A stretch of 64,000 nucleotides of DNA from Thermoplasmata archaeon (GTDB lineage: Archaea; Thermoplasmatota; E2; JACPAO01; JAHFTW01). The position numbers were made by a program, and so were the translations under genes. Numbering within the stretch: the first letter of the stretch is position 1; each line of letters begins with the position of its first letter. The stretch lies in NCBI GenBank assembly GCA_034667725.1, contig JAXDQS010000006.1:28863-92862 (forward strand), read 5' to 3'. Under the pieces are notes generated by a model. It searched no databases. It had not been told where the DNA came from and worked only from the letters and a program-made list of their open reading frames with translations. This document shows, one piece after another, positions 39,830-50,061 of the stretch.

Positions 39830-40249
39830 TCAGGCGCAGACCTCGACGCCGTCCTCGACCCAGCGCCATTCGACCCGCTCGCCGGCCCGGAGGGGACGCG
39901 CGTCGGCGGCCAGGCCGACCCACTGGGAGTCGATGCAGTAGTTCCAGCCGCCGGTGGCGGTCTCCGTGAACGGCCCGATGCCGCGCACGTAGGCGCCGAG
40001 GGCATGGGGCTCGACCTCGATGGGGAACCGGCCTTGCGCGGCCGCCGCCTCCAGGGCGCCAAGCGGGGTCGCGCCCGTCCCCACGGCGACCGTGCCGTTC
40101 CACCAGATGGCGCCGTCGGGGCTGACGATCGACACCGGGTAGGCGCCCGCCTCGCCCAAGGACGGGTCGGGCTTGGTGGCCAAGAGCAGCGTGGCCCCCG
40201 CGGCCAGCACCGTCGCCGCCGCGAGCGCCAAGAGGAGCCGGTTCGCCAC
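39830..40249 (-). CDS. DUF4430 / transcobalamin C-terminal-like membrane-anchored protein
   Basis: N-terminal TM; TPLGALE...GAYVRGIG...GGWNYCIDSQWVGLAAD...LRAGERVEW. Confidence 0.8.
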   Translation of the reverse strand: MANRLLLALAAATVLAAGATLLLATKPDPSLGEAGAYPVSIVSPDGAIWWNGTVAVGTGATPLGALEAAAAQGRFPIEVEPHALGAYVRGIGPFTETATGGWNYCIDSQWVGLAADARPLRAGERVEWRWVEDGVEVCA

Positions 40250-40259
40250 GCGCACCACA

Positions 40260-40294
40260 GTCAAGCAGGCTTGACAAGCCTCAGCAACAGTTGA
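40260..40294. promoter_or_regulatory. Tandem palindromic operator candidates TCAR-N6-TTGA
   Basis: GTCAAGC-AG-GCTTGAC (40260-40275) and TCAGCAACAGTTGA (40281-40294), 20 bp apart, between divergent genes. Confidence 0.6.
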
Positions 40295-40318
40295 AACACG
40301 AAAAGGCTTGGCCGCGGC

Positions 40319-41152
40319 ATGGAGGAGCTGCTGCGGAGCCTGCGCGACCGCACCGCCACCACCCGCCTGTTGATCCTGGCCACCCTTGGCGCCCGGCCCG
40401 GCTGCACCCTCTCCGAGGTGGCGCAGCGGCTTGGCATCACCGTCCAGGCCGTGTCCGCGCACGCCAAGGAGATGGTCGCCGACGGCCACCTCGAGGTCGC
40501 CGACGGCCGCCACACGCCCACCGCCCGTGGCCGCCAACAGCTCCACGAAGGGGTCCGCGGCCTCCGGGACGCGGTCGCCGCCCTCGCCCAGCCGCTGGAG
40601 GTCATCCAGGTGACAAGCGCCGTCGCCGCCGTCCCCATCGCGGCCGGCGACCAGGTCGGGCTCTGGATGGTCGACGGCGACCTGGAGGCCCGCCCCGCCC
40701 GCGAAGCCCCCAGCCGGGGCCGCGCCCTGGCCGCCGCCAAGCCGGGCGACGAGGTCGTGGTCGGCGAACTGCGCGGCGTCGTCAAGCTGGAGCCCGGCCG
40801 GCTGCGCATCGTCACCGTGCCCGGCCCGGCGGAAGGCGGCGTCGCCCGTGTCGACGCCCCAAGCCTGCTGAAGGCAATAGGGAAGCTCCCGGCCACGGCC
40901 CGCGTCGGCGCGCACGGCACCGGCGCCCGCATCCTCGCCCGCCGCCTGGCCGGCAAAGGCCTGCCGCGCCTCGACTTCGAGTTCGCCGCCGACACGGCCG
41001 CCTTCAACGCGGCGGAGCGCGGCCTCGACGTCCTGCTGCTGGTGACGCGCGACCGGCTCGCCGAGGTGCTGCAGGGCTTCGAGCGCCTGAACGCCGCCAC
41101 GATCCGGCGCGTGGCCGTCGAGGTCACGGAGGCGCCGGAGCGGCATGGATGA
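40319..41152 (+). CDS. Winged-helix transcriptional regulator with C-terminal putative ligand-binding domain
   Basis: TRLLIL...[22 protein letters not shown]...TARG; [15 protein letters not shown]; [11 protein letters not shown]. Confidence 0.8.
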   Translation: MEELLRSLRDRTATTRLLILATLGARPGCTLSEVAQRLGITVQAVSAHAKEMVADGHLEVADGRHTPTARGRQQLHEGVRGLRDAVAALAQPLEVIQVTSAVAAVPIAAGDQVGLWMVDGDLEARPAREAPSRGRALAAAKPGDEVVVGELRGVVKLEPGRLRIVTVPGPAEGGVARVDAPSLLKAIGKLPATARVGAHGTGARILARRLAGKGLPRLDFEFAADTAAFNAAERGLDVLLLVTRDRLAEVLQGFERLNAATIRRVAVEVTEAPERHG

Positions 41153-42197
41153 GCCCCTCGCGCAGGCGCTCGGCGTCCCCGCGGCGACCGGCGCCGGCAC
41201 CGTCGACCTGGAGGCCCGCGCCGGCGAGGTGGTGCTGCTGCGCGGCGGCAACGGCGCCGGCAAGACCAGCCTGCTCCGCCGGCTCGCGGGCCTGGACGCG
41301 CCGGTGCGGCCGCGCCAGGTCAAGGTCGCGGCCGGCCGCCTCGCGTTCGCGCCCCAGCACGCGCGCGACGGCCTGGTGGGCCTGACCATCGCCGGCGAGT
41401 TCCGTCTCCGGCGCCAGCCGGCCCCCACGGCGCTCGGCCTCGATGCCGGCCGCCCGGTCGCCGAGCTGTCGGCCGGCGAGGCCCGGCGGGTCCTCCTGGC
41501 CACCGTCGTCGGCGCGAACCCGCGCCTCCTGCTGCTGGACGAGCCCGCCGAGGGGCTCGACCGCGCCCGCATGGAGCTGCTGCGCGCGACCGTGCGCGGC
41601 GTGGCGGCCGCGGGCGGGGCCGTGGTCGCGGTGGACCACACGGGCTGCCTTGCGGACCTGGCGACCCGGACCCTCGACCTCGGGTCGCTGCCGGCGCCGC
41701 CCGCGCGTCCGCTGCCGCGCCCGACCGGGCCGCCCGTCGTGGGCCGGTGGGGCCCCGGCCTGCACCTGGTCGCGGGCCCCAACGGCAGCGGCAAGAGCAC
41801 GCTGCTTGCGCGCACGGCCAAGGACCCGGCGGCGCGCTGGCTGCCGTCCGACGCGCGGCTGCTGCTGTCCCAGCCCACGGTCGCGGACGAGCTGCACGGC
41901 GCCGACCCGGCGGTCGCGGGCCTGCTGGTGCCGCCAGCGCTCAGGACCCGCCACCCGCTGACCCTGTCCGGCGGCGAGGCGCAGCGGGTCGCGCTGGCCT
42001 CCACGCTTGGCCGCCCCGCGCGCGCCTACCTGCTGGACGAGCCCGAGGCGTACCTCGATGCCGCCGGCCGCGGCGCCCTGCTCACAGCACTTGCCGCCCG
42101 CCTCGACGCGGCCGCCGCCGTCGTGGTCGCCAGCCACGAGCCGATGTGGGAGCCGCTCGCGCAGGACCGCCTCGACCTGGAGGCGCCGACCGCGTGA
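41145..42197 (+). CDS. ECF-type duplicated ATPase (two shortened NBDs)
   Basis: [21 protein letters not shown] and [21 protein letters not shown]. Confidence 0.82.
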   Translation: MDEPLAQALGVPAATGAGTVDLEARAGEVVLLRGGNGAGKTSLLRRLAGLDAPVRPRQVKVAAGRLAFAPQHARDGLVGLTIAGEFRLRRQPAPTALGLDAGRPVAELSAGEARRVLLATVVGANPRLLLLDEPAEGLDRARMELLRATVRGVAAAGGAVVAVDHTGCLADLATRTLDLGSLPAPPARPLPRPTGPPVVGRWGPGLHLVAGPNGSGKSTLLARTAKDPAARWLPSDARLLLSQPTVADELHGADPAVAGLLVPPALRTRHPLTLSGGEAQRVALASTLGRPARAYLLDEPEAYLDAAGRGALLTALAARLDAAAAVVVASHEPMWEPLAQDRLDLEAPTA

Positions 42198-43315
42198 GGC
42201 CCATCGCCGCCTGGCTGCTGGTCGGCGCCACCGCCGCCGCCACCGCCGCCGCGTTCCTGCTGCCGCCGGCCGCCGTCGCAGCCCTCGCCGTGGCAGGGTT
42301 CCTGCTGGCGCCGACCTGGGGCATCGTCGTGTTCGCCGCCGTCGCGCTCGCGTTCCAGGCCCTCCTGTTCGGCCTGGTGATCGGCGAGCCGACCTGGACC
42401 TGGGGGCCGGTCGCGCTGCGCGCCGACGGCGCCGTGCGCGGGGCCCAGGCCGCGTTGCGCCTGGTGGCCGCCGTCGCCGTCAACTCCGCCGTGCTGCGGC
42501 GCGTCGGGGTCGCCCGCATCGTCGACGGCCTCCGGCTGCCCCGCCGCGCCACCGCCGTCCTGGCCGCCATCCTGCTGGCGGCGCAGGAGGTCGCGCGCGA
42601 CGCGGCCCGCTTGGTGGACGCCCGCCGCCGCGTCGGCGCGTGGCCGCCCGGCCGGCTGGCGCGCGTGCGCGCCGCCGCCGGGCTGCTGCCCGCCATCCTG
42701 GTGGCGAGCCTGCGCCGCGCCCGCGTGCGCACCGAGGCGATGCGGCTGGCCGGCCTGCGGACGCGGCCGGGCCTGGAGGCCGTCATCGCGCTGGCCGCCG
42801 TCGCGCTCGCGGGCCGCCTCGCGACCACGGGCGTCAACGTCAGCCTCGCCTACGCCGTGGTGTTCCTCGGCGGGGTGCTGTTCGGCGCCCGGGTCGCGGC
42901 CGCCGCCGGCGCCCTCGCCATGCTGCTGTCGGACCTGCTGCTGTCGGGCCTGGCGCCGGCGGCGTTCGTCAACGTCCCCGCCATGGCGGTGCTGGGCGTC
43001 CTCGGCGGCGCGCTCCGGCACCTGGACTGGCAGGGCCGCTCGCCCGCCGACCGGGCGGCGGTGCGCGTGCTCGCGGCCTGCACCGGCTTCGTGGCGACGC
43101 TGGTGTTCTCGGTGGCGGCCGACGTCGCGACCTGGCTCCTGGTGCCGGAGCTGGCGGGCTCGGGCGCGACCTTGGCGGCGCTGCTGGCCAGCGGGCTGCT
43201 GTTCAACCTGGCGCCCGCCGCCGTGAACGCGGCGCTGTTTGCCGCCGCGGTGCCCGCGACGGTGGCGGCCTGGCGGGCCGTGGCTACTTCCAGCGCCGCA
43301 GCGCCCAGCCGGTGA
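42194..43315 (+). CDS. Fused ECF T component + S component
   Basis: T-like ARRR...[24 protein letters not shown] then S-like [17 protein letters not shown]...LLSDLLLSG. Confidence 0.72.
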   Translation: MRPIAAWLLVGATAAATAAAFLLPPAAVAALAVAGFLLAPTWGIVVFAAVALAFQALLFGLVIGEPTWTWGPVALRADGAVRGAQAALRLVAAVAVNSAVLRRVGVARIVDGLRLPRRATAVLAAILLAAQEVARDAARLVDARRRVGAWPPGRLARVRAAAGLLPAILVASLRRARVRTEAMRLAGLRTRPGLEAVIALAAVALAGRLATTGVNVSLAYAVVFLGGVLFGARVAAAAGALAMLLSDLLLSGLAPAAFVNVPAMAVLGVLGGALRHLDWQGRSPADRAAVRVLAACTGFVATLVFSVAADVATWLLVPELAGSGATLAALLASGLLFNLAPAAVNAALFAAAVPATVAAWRAVATSSAAAPSR

Positions 43316-45458
43316 GGCCGACGCTCAGGAGGCTGAGGGCCACCACGGCGACCGCGATGCCGAGGAACGCCGGGCTGCGGACGAAGCCGCCGAGCGACCC
43401 GTCCTGCGCAGCCTCCGCGTCGCGGCCGAGGCTGCTGCGCGCCTCGTTGCCGGACAGCAGCGCGTGCGCGCCCTCGGGGATGCCGACGTCGTCGGCGGCG
43501 TCGCAGGCGTCGCCGGTGCCGTCGAGGTCGCGGTCCTCCTGCTGCGGGTTCGGGCTGCCGACGCAGTTGTCGAGGATGGCGGCGGGGTCGGCGGAGCGCT
43601 CGGGCATCCGGTCGCCGTCGGCGTCCTCGTCGCACAGGTCGCCGCGGCCGTCGCGGTCGAGGTCGCGCTGGTCGCGGTTCGAGACCTGCACGCAGTTGTC
43701 CTGCGCGTCGGCGATGCCGTCGAGGTCGAAGTCGCTGGTGTCCGTCAAGCCGTGCGGCAGCACCGAGGGCGGCGCGTTGGGGTCGCCGGCGCCGCTTGCG
43801 AGCATGCAGGCGTCGCCGCTGCCGTCGCGGTCCTGGTCCGCCTGGTCGAGGTTCTGCGCGCCGGCGCAGGTGTCGGCGTCGTCCGCGACGCCGTCGCCGT
43901 CCATGTCGACGCGGGCCTGGCCGAGCCGGATCTTGACGGGCTTGCAGGTCGAGTCGGTGGCGCCGTTGTCGTCCGTGACCTTCAGGCACACCATGTAGCC
44001 CGGGTTGACGTTGCTGGTGAAGTAGAGGTGGTGCACCTGGGCGCGGCTGTCGCCGCCGGAGCCGTCGCCGTAGTCCCACTGCCAGTCGACGACGTAGCCG
44101 TCGCGGTCGGTGGACTCGTCCAGGGGCCGGATGCCGGTGCCGGCGAGGTTGTACTCGTACTCGAACGCGGCGTCGGGGGGACGGTTGTTGACCACGACGT
44201 CCTTGCACATCGGGCCGAGGGTGCGCACGTAGCCGTAGCGCGAGATGACGATGGTCTCGCAGACGCGGTAGGTGCCGGCCTTGGAGTACCAGTGCAGCGG
44301 GGAGCGCTCGAAGCCCCAGGCGCCGTCGCCGAAGGTCCAGTTGCGGTAGACGGACAGGCCGTCGAGCGGCGGGAAGTCGATGTGGTCGGTGTACTGCACG
44401 AAGTCCAGCGTCAGGTTGTCCGGCGAGGTCTCGACGAACTTGTACGTCCAGTTCATGCTCGGCTCGGGGATGGTGAGGCCGTTGAACGCGAAGATGAAGG
44501 TGTTGGGGCCGCCGTCCAGCGGGGTCGGGCCGCCGCCGGGGTAGGTGCACTCGGGCCGGCCGCCGCCGCACTTGCCGAGCGACCAGACCTGGGCCGAGAT
44601 GAGGTCGAGCGCGTTCATGGCGTCGGTGTGGTTGTCGCCGGCGCCGTAGTAGATGTTGAACTCGCGGGTGTTGCCGGAGCCCAGGCCGCCGAAGTTGAAG
44701 TCGAAGGCGGCGCCGTGGTCGCGGGGGCCGACGTCGATGACGGGGGGCGCGAACGGCGGGCCGACCGCCCAGCCGCCCCACGTGGTCATGGGGCAGGAGG
44801 AGGAGAGCGGCGTCGAGACGATGAAGCCGCTGGTGAAGCCGTTGGTGCAGGAGTACTGCAGCACGCTCGGGACCGGGAGGATGGTGTCGATGGTCGAGTA
44901 CTCCTGGAACGGCGTGGGCTCGACGTCCCAGTCCATGGTGCGGCGGTAGGTGACGTTGTCCATGGGGTCGGGGCCGATGTTCTCCAGCGTGACCTTGACC
45001 TGGTAGAGGCGGTCGGTGCGCGTGTCCGGGTGGAAGTCATGCGTGACCTTGAGGTCGCCGATCTGCGTGACGGAGAGGGCGGTGGTGGCCGTGCTGGAGA
45101 AGCTGATGAGGGTCACGCCCATGATGCCGCCCGAGTCGAGGCTGGCGCCGCCTTGGACGGTCGGCGCGGCGCCGATGAGCCCGTAGGCCGCGCCCCAGGC
45201 CTCGCACCGGCAGCCGGCGGCGGTGGCGTCGCAGCCCGTGGGCATGTAGCGCACGCCGACGGTGAAGGTGCCCGAGCAGGAGGGGCCGCTGCTGCCGTAG
45301 TTGAGGTGGCCTTGGTCGTTGACGCCGAGCATGACGACGGTGTTGTCGATGAGGGCGCCGCCCTCGGCCTCGGGCGTCAGCGCGAACGCGACGGCGGCCA
45401 AGGCCAGCAGCGAGGCTGCGGCGGCCAGGGGAATCATGGGGCGGGGGATTGCGGGCAT
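43284..45458 (-). CDS. Surface protein: conserved N-terminal domain, 2 PKD domains, TSP3 repeats, C-terminal TM
   Basis: Signal peptide; GCRCEAWG...YRRTMDWD; WTFGDG, WDYGDG; DxDxDGxGDACD repeats; TM then RRWK. Confidence 0.88.
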   Translation of the reverse strand: MPAIPRPMIPLAAAASLLALAAVAFALTPEAEGGALIDNTVVMLGVNDQGHLNYGSSGPSCSGTFTVGVRYMPTGCDATAAGCRCEAWGAAYGLIGAAPTVQGGASLDSGGIMGVTLISFSSTATTALSVTQIGDLKVTHDFHPDTRTDRLYQVKVTLENIGPDPMDNVTYRRTMDWDVEPTPFQEYSTIDTILPVPSVLQYSCTNGFTSGFIVSTPLSSSCPMTTWGGWAVGPPFAPPVIDVGPRDHGAAFDFNFGGLGSGNTREFNIYYGAGDNHTDAMNALDLISAQVWSLGKCGGGRPECTYPGGGPTPLDGGPNTFIFAFNGLTIPEPSMNWTYKFVETSPDNLTLDFVQYTDHIDFPPLDGLSVYRNWTFGDGAWGFERSPLHWYSKAGTYRVCETIVISRYGYVRTLGPMCKDVVVNNRPPDAAFEYEYNLAGTGIRPLDESTDRDGYVVDWQWDYGDGSGGDSRAQVHHLYFTSNVNPGYMVCLKVTDDNGATDSTCKPVKIRLGQARVDMDGDGVADDADTCAGAQNLDQADQDRDGSGDACMLASGAGDPNAPPSVLPHGLTDTSDFDLDGIADAQDNCVQVSNRDQRDLDRDGRGDLCDEDADGDRMPERSADPAAILDNCVGSPNPQQEDRDLDGTGDACDAADDVGIPEGAHALLSGNEARSSLGRDAEAAQDGSLGGFVRSPAFLGIAVAVVALSLLSVGLTGWALRRWK

Positions 45459-45568
45459 CGACGACCAACCTCCGGTCCTCCGACCGGAAACCACCCAGGG
45501 ACCGAAAGGTGCCCAGTTAAGCCTTGTCGGGCGGAGCCGGCCCGCGGCTGCGGGTTGCGCCCGGCCGC

Positions 45569-47689
45569 TCACCGTTTCCGCAGCCAGGCCGCGGACCCGG
45601 CCGCCCCCGCGAGGCCCAGCGTCGCCCAGAAGGCGATGAGGCCGGCGAGGCCGCTGGCGCCGGCCGGCGCGGGGGCGGCCGTGGGCGCCAGGTAAGGCTC
45701 CAGGGAGCGCGGCGCGGCCAGGGCGCGCGCCTCGGCCGGCAGGGCGCAGGCGTCGCCCAGGCCGTCGCCGTCGCGGTCCTGCTGGTCCAGGTTCGGCACC
45801 AGCGGGCAGTTGTCCGCGAAGCCGGCGGACGGGATGCCGTCGCCGTCGGGGTCGTCGTCGCAGGCATCGAGCAGGCCGTCGCGGTCGCGGTCGAGGCCGT
45901 CGCACGGGTCCGGCGCGGCCGAGGGCGCCACCAGGAGGGGCGCCTCGTTGAGGGGCGGGCGGGGCGGCAGCACGTCGACGGCGGGGTCGCAGGCGTCGCC
46001 CGTGAGGTCGGCGTCGAGGTCCACCTGGGCGGCGTCCGCGGTGCCGGCGCACAGGTCGGCGAAGTCGGCGATGCCGTCCTGGTCGGAGTCGCGGGCGATG
46101 TTGTCCACCAGCACGACGACGGTGCGCGCGGCGGCGCCGCCGTAGGGGTCGTGGACGGTGACGACGAACTCGTGGGGGCCGAGCTGGCCAGGGCCGGGGC
46201 GCCAGGCGAGCCGGCCGGCCGCGATCACGGCGCCCTCCGGCAGCCGCTCGGTCGTCCAGGTCAAGGCGTCGTCGTCGCGGTCGTAGGCCTGCAACGGGAG
46301 ATTCAACAAGGTGCCGACCACCAGGTGGCGGCCCGCGATGAAGCGCAGCGTCGGCGGGAAGTTGAACGGCCCCGCGACCCAGGCCTCCGCGCACGAGCGC
46401 GTCGCGGCGCCGTCGTCGTCGGTCGCCGTCAGGCAGACCGGGACGCGGCCGCCGCGCGGGAAGTCGTGGTCGACCGACGCGCCCGTGGCGGTGGTGCCGT
46501 CGGGCAGCTCCCACGCCCACGCCACGATGGCGCCGTCCAGGTCCGCGCCGGTCGCGGCCAGGCGGGTCGTGGCAGCGGTGAGGTTGGCGGCGGCGAAGCT
46601 GGCGGGCGGCGGCCGGTTCTGGATGGTGAGCGGGACGCAGGCGGTCCAGCTGCGCCAGCCGACGCCGGACAGGACGTCCTGGTGGGCGCAGGCGCGCACC
46701 GGGCCGTCGTCGAAGTAGGCGTGCGCCGTGGCCAGGCCGGCGCCGGTGGCGCCGTCGCCGAACTCCCAGCGCGCCGCGCGCTCGGCGGCGCCGGCGGGCA
46801 GCGGGTTGCGCAACCGGAGCTGCACCGGCTCGACGGTGTACGGCGCGGCCGGGGCCTCGACGTCGGGCAGGGCGCAGCCGAGGCCGCCTAGGCCGTCGAC
46901 GGCAAGGAGATGGACGGCCGAGCCGTTCGACTGGGCCAGCACCCAGGCCTGCGCGCCGACGGCGACCAGCAGGGCGCCGGCGGTGGCGCCGTCCGGGGCG
47001 CGACCGTACCAGAAGCGCACGCTGGCCTCGTCGCCGGGGCCGAGGCACCCGAGCGCCGCCTCCAGCGCGCCGCCGAGGTCGCCGGGGCCGCTGGTGCCGG
47101 AGGCGGCCGGCGCCATCGGGCTTGCGGGATCCGGGCTGGCAGCACCGTCGGGCGACATGCCGGCCAAGAGCGGCGGCGACGGCGCCGCGGCGGCGAGGGT
47201 CACGGTCTCCTCTCCGGGCGAAGGGCCGAGGTCGAAGTCGGCGACGCGCCGGTAATGGACGCCCGCCACGGCGGCGGGGCCGGGGTTCGTGATGGTGACG
47301 TCGAGGGTGAACAGGCCGGGCAGGGCGGCCGCCTGGAAGCGGTGCGCGACCCGCAGGCCCGCCGCGTCCACCACGGACACGGCGCCGCCGGAGCCATTGG
47401 TGAACGAGACGACCGGGACGGTGGCGGCGCCGTCGCGGGTGGCCGCGTGGCCGCCGGCGTGCGCAACACCCCAGCCCTCGCACGGGCACGGGCCGGCGAA
47501 CGCGGGCTCGCCGTCCGCGCCCGCGAGGGCAGCGACCGTGCCGTCCGGATGGACCGTGAGGACCGCGTCGCCCGACTCCAGCGTGGCGCCGTGGGCGAAC
47601 GCCGCCAGCGCCAGCAGCGCGGCCAGCAAGCCAAACGCGCCTGCAAGCCACGTGACGTGGCGAGGTGCGGATGACGTGGCAGGCGCCAT
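45569..47689 (-). CDS. Paralogous surface protein: N-terminal domain, PKD, Ig-like, TSP3 repeats, TM
   Basis: CPCEGWG...YRRVADFD; WEFGDG; DNCPLVPNLDQQDRDGDGLGDAC; TM then RKR. Confidence 0.85.
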   Translation of the reverse strand: MAPATSSAPRHVTWLAGAFGLLAALLALAAFAHGATLESGDAVLTVHPDGTVAALAGADGEPAFAGPCPCEGWGVAHAGGHAATRDGAATVPVVSFTNGSGGAVSVVDAAGLRVAHRFQAAALPGLFTLDVTITNPGPAAVAGVHYRRVADFDLGPSPGEETVTLAAAAPSPPLLAGMSPDGAASPDPASPMAPAASGTSGPGDLGGALEAALGCLGPGDEASVRFWYGRAPDGATAGALLVAVGAQAWVLAQSNGSAVHLLAVDGLGGLGCALPDVEAPAAPYTVEPVQLRLRNPLPAGAAERAARWEFGDGATGAGLATAHAYFDDGPVRACAHQDVLSGVGWRSWTACVPLTIQNRPPPASFAAANLTAATTRLAATGADLDGAIVAWAWELPDGTTATGASVDHDFPRGGRVPVCLTATDDDGAATRSCAEAWVAGPFNFPPTLRFIAGRHLVVGTLLNLPLQAYDRDDDALTWTTERLPEGAVIAAGRLAWRPGPGQLGPHEFVVTVHDPYGGAAARTVVVLVDNIARDSDQDGIADFADLCAGTADAAQVDLDADLTGDACDPAVDVLPPRPPLNEAPLLVAPSAAPDPCDGLDRDRDGLLDACDDDPDGDGIPSAGFADNCPLVPNLDQQDRDGDGLGDACALPAEARALAAPRSLEPYLAPTAAPAPAGASGLAGLIAFWATLGLAGAAGSAAWLRKR

Positions 47690-47890
47690 GGGGGACCCCG
47701 GCTTCCGCTGGAGCGCAGGCAATTCCCTCCAGGCAAATATAAGCATTGCCTGTGGACGCGAACTGGCGGCCGCGAGTTGCGCGGGGGTGGGTTCAGAAAC
47801 GCCGAAGACCGGGCCTGGCCTGCAGCTTGAGCATGGGCCGACGGGCGGTGTCCAGCACGGGGCATCGCTTCGGATTCACGCGTTTTCGCC

Positions 47891-49939
47891 CTACCGTCCC
47901 CACCCAAGCAGCCGCCGGCGCGCGGCGTAGAGCACGCCGCCGAGCGCCGCCGCGGTGCCGGCCGTCACGGCCGCGCCGACGGCGACGGCCGGCGGGCCGG
48001 CCTCCGCCGACGCCTCGACCTGGAGGCGGGTGCGTTCGCGCGGGCCGGCGCGCGGGGTCGCCGGGTCGGGGTCGCAGGCGTCGCCGACGCCGTCGAGGTC
48101 GGCGTCGAGCTGCTCCAGGTTGGGCCGTTGGAGGCAGTTGTCGAGGGTGTCGCCCACGGTGTCGCCGTCGGCGTCCGGGTCGCATCCGTCGCGCACGCCG
48201 TCGCCGTCCGCGTCGGGCCCCGCCGGGCAGCCGCCGCCCGCGTCGGCGGGCCGGCGGCCCTCGCGGCGGCCGGGCGGGTCGGGCCGGCCGCCGGGCGGGC
48301 CGGGCGGGTCGTCGCAGGCGTCGCCGACGCCGTCGCGGTCGCGGTCGTCCTGGTCCTGGTTGGCGACGCCGGGGCAGTTGTCGGCGTCGTCCTGGACGCC
48401 GTCGCGGTCGTCGTCGTGGCGGCTCTCGGTCGGCGGGATGGTGACGCGCAGCCAGACGACGCATTGCTCGGCCTGCTGCCCTTGGTCGTCTTGGCCGAGG
48501 ATGACGAGGAGGTGAAGGCCGAGCTCGTCGCCGGTCGGGCGCCAGGTGAGGTTCATGGTCGCCTCGAGGCCGAGCGGGGACGAGGGGCTGACGCCACCGG
48601 CCGGGAAGAAGCGGGCGCCCGCTTCGAGTCCCATGCCGGGCGGCAGGCCGAGGTGCAAGAGCTCGACCGGGCGGCCGTTGCGGGAGGCCAGCGTGAGGCC
48701 GGCGGCCCACTCGTCGTTGACCGGGAGGCGCAGCTCGGCGCCGCACATCAGCGGCGGCAAGAAGTCGGGCGGGCCGTCGGGCTCCACGAGCTGGATGAAG
48801 AAATCGAGCGGCGTCTCGGCGGGGCCGGCGCTGAGGACGACCTGGACCGAGTAGAACGTCGGCCCGCTGGGGTAGACCATGGCGCCGGTGGTGTTCCACT
48901 CGACGACCCCGGTCCACGGGTCCACCGTCAGGTTCCACGGCGCCTCGGGGCTGCCGGGCGGGTGGTACGTGGTCTCGTTGCCGTAGACCAGCCAGGGCTG
49001 CGCGCGCCACTGGGACGCGAGCTGGTAACGGATGGGGTCGCCGTCGGGGTCGAGCGCCGGGATGACGAAGCGGCACACGGACTCGACGGGGCATTGCACG
49101 ATGGGCGGCAACAGCGCGCGCGGCGGGCGGTCGAGGCTGGGCAGGTCGAAGCGCGCCTCCAGGTGCATGCCCTGCTCGCCGTTGTTGGCGTGGCCGGACT
49201 CCTCGCTCAGGCGGCAGCAGGCGTCCCAGCGGAGCCCATAGCGCGGCGACGGGTAGGTGTAGGACGACGGGAAGCCGGTCGGGAAGTGGTCCTCGGAGCA
49301 GCAGGTGGACGACGAGGTGGGCGTGCTGCTGGAGGAGTGGTGCGCGGTGGCCGGCTCGCCGTGGTCCGACGACGCCGGCGGCGGGCTTGGGCCTGCGCTG
49401 CTGGCGGTGAAGCAGTCCGGGCACGGGGGCGGAGGCGGCGGGGGCGGAGGGGGAGGCGGCGGGGACGGCGGAGGCGGGGGCGGGCAGTGCGGGTGGCACG
49501 GCGGAGGCGGCGGGGGCGGCGGGACCGTCCAGGTGACTGACTCCGAGTTGGCGGGGCCCGCCAGGATGCGGCCGAGGAACCAGTCGGCGGCGTGGTTGAC
49601 CGTGACCACCTCCAGCGCGATCGGGACACGGTCGCGGCGCCAGGTGTAGGTCCGGTTGCCGTCGAACGTGGTCTCCTCCCACGGCACGACGAACCGGCCG
49701 TCGTGGGCGCCCGGCGGCAGCAGCACCTTCTGGCCCGGCGCCGTCACGTTGGGGAAGTAGCCGAGCCGGTAGGCCTGCCAGCCCTCGATGCGGGCCTCCT
49801 GGCCGGCGCTCATCCCAAGGACGGGGTCGACGTGGAGCGTCCCGCCCCGGAAATGCGTCCCCTCCGCCGGCGCCGTCGCCAGCAGGACCACCGCCAATGC
49901 AAGCGCGGGAAGGGCCAGGCCCCATGCACGTGCGACCAC
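47891..49939 (-). CDS. THFRGG (Sib-like) surface protein with poly-Pro insertion, TSP3 repeats, TM
   Basis: THFRGGTL, CCRL, DPDGD, YSVQV...PLDFFI; DNCPGVANQDQDDRDRDGVGDACD. Confidence 0.85.
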   Translation of the reverse strand: MVARAWGLALPALALAVVLLATAPAEGTHFRGGTLHVDPVLGMSAGQEARIEGWQAYRLGYFPNVTAPGQKVLLPPGAHDGRFVVPWEETTFDGNRTYTWRRDRVPIALEVVTVNHAADWFLGRILAGPANSESVTWTVPPPPPPPPCHPHCPPPPPPSPPPPPPPPPPPPPCPDCFTASSAGPSPPPASSDHGEPATAHHSSSSTPTSSSTCCSEDHFPTGFPSSYTYPSPRYGLRWDACCRLSEESGHANNGEQGMHLEARFDLPSLDRPPRALLPPIVQCPVESVCRFVIPALDPDGDPIRYQLASQWRAQPWLVYGNETTYHPPGSPEAPWNLTVDPWTGVVEWNTTGAMVYPSGPTFYSVQVVLSAGPAETPLDFFIQLVEPDGPPDFLPPLMCGAELRLPVNDEWAAGLTLASRNGRPVELLHLGLPPGMGLEAGARFFPAGGVSPSSPLGLEATMNLTWRPTGDELGLHLLVILGQDDQGQQAEQCVVWLRVTIPPTESRHDDDRDGVQDDADNCPGVANQDQDDRDRDGVGDACDDPPGPPGGRPDPPGRREGRRPADAGGGCPAGPDADGDGVRDGCDPDADGDTVGDTLDNCLQRPNLEQLDADLDGVGDACDPDPATPRAGPRERTRLQVEASAEAGPPAVAVGAAVTAGTAAALGGVLYAARRRLLGWGR

Positions 49940-50019
49940 GACCCACCCATCCGCCTGGATTTCATCAACCGTGGCAGAAGGTTCGGTCGGCGCCGATCCC
50001 GCGACGGCTGGCGGACCCT

Positions 50020-50056
50020 ACCCTTTATCCGGAGCCGGCCTTGCCCGCCAGGTCCG
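50020..50056 (+). promoter_or_regulatory. carA promoter, near-identical to the carB upstream region
   Basis: ACCCTTTATCCGGAGCCGGCCTTGCCCGCCAGGTCC. Confidence 0.75.
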
Positions 50057-50061
50057 ACGCG

